From NCBI GenBank assembly GCA_024613925.1, contig GCA_024613925.1_4713.1: a stretch of DNA of 64,000 nucleotides; one strand, written 5' to 3'. The notes under the pieces are model-generated. The model was not told where the DNA came from and did not search any database. It saw only the letters and a list, made by a program, of their open reading frames with translations. Numbering within the stretch: position 1 is the first letter of the stretch; each line of letters opens with the position of its first letter. This DNA is from a phage. Shown one piece after another: positions 63,558 through 64,000 of this stretch. The position numbers and the translations under genes are program-made.

Positions 63558-63589
63558 CCTTCCTCCAACCCAACAGGGAAGGAGGAAGG
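63558..63589 (-). terminator. intrinsic terminator, CCTCC/GGAGG-arm hairpin family
   Basis: ccttcctcc-aacccaacagggaa-ggaggaagg, identical to the copy at 15778..15809; 11 nt after the stop of 63600..63923; minus strand continues GGTTTTATGG. Confidence 0.65.
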
Positions 63590-63599
63590 GATATGATGA

Positions 63600-63923
63600 T
63601 TATGCTTTTTCGGTTACAGCATCGAAATATTTCGCTGCGGCAAATACAGCATCTGCATATTGACGGTTAGCAACACGGAGAATCTTAGCTGCTAATACCG
63701 CGCTCAATCGCGCCATTTCAGAAATGGCGCTTATATAAGGGCGAACGGTTTCACGATCTGCTTCCGGTAGATTGTCGAGCATACCGTCCCATTTAGTTTT
63801 AATTTTCATACCGTTTAGTTTAGCGGTACGTTCGACAGTACTCGTTAAACTTTCCGTCTGGTTAAAATACGCAGGGTCAACAATACGAAACGCGTTAAGA
63901 TACGAAGTCAGTGCAGCTTTCAA
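63600..63923 (-). CDS. hypothetical protein
   Basis: 107-aa ORF. Confidence 0.4.
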   Translation of the reverse strand: MKAALTSYLNAFRIVDPAYFNQTESLTSTVERTAKLNGMKIKTKWDGMLDNLPEADRETVRPYISAISEMARLSAVLAAKILRVANRQYADAVFAAAKYFDAVTEKA

Positions 63924-64000
63924 TTCGTCGTCGTTATTGAAAATGTTCGCGTTTTCGATACTACCGGTCGCGGTTTCTTCAACTTCGATCTGAATATTCT

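Overview
This 64-kb window reads as a densely coding stretch of a large virulent tailed phage, consistent with a giant (jumbo) myovirus-type genome, although I cannot place it in a specific lineage from sequence alone. About 50 of roughly 58 genes are on the minus strand. I found no integrase, repressor, tRNA, rRNA, CRISPR array or host-like housekeeping gene. Calls I can support by motif: thymidylate kinase, a RuvC-like resolvase, an SbcC/Rad50-like ATPase, a GH108-type lysozyme, a tail-fibre module (two long repeat-containing fibres, one with a C-terminal S74-type auto-chaperone, plus a large tailspike-like protein and two small fibre-like proteins), a DnaB-like helicase and a ~740-aa major virion structural protein. 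Most other ORFs are hypothetical. Non-coding signal is unusually regular: a 25-nt promoter-like motif in four copies upstream of minus-strand genes, and a family of about ten long-stem terminator hairpins with near-identical CCTCC/GGAGG arms. The strongest candidates for something undescribed are a five-member paralogous protein family bracketing the fibre locus, an eight-gene cassette of small unknown proteins behind one promoter copy, an 852-aa protein with Q/Y/P-rich low-complexity regions, and a membrane-anchored coiled-coil repeat protein. CDS coordinates follow the supplied ORF track (longest ORF, stop codon included, some GTG/TTG starts); likely true starts are noted where the sequence suggests them. 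Everything is motif reading by eye; no searches were run.
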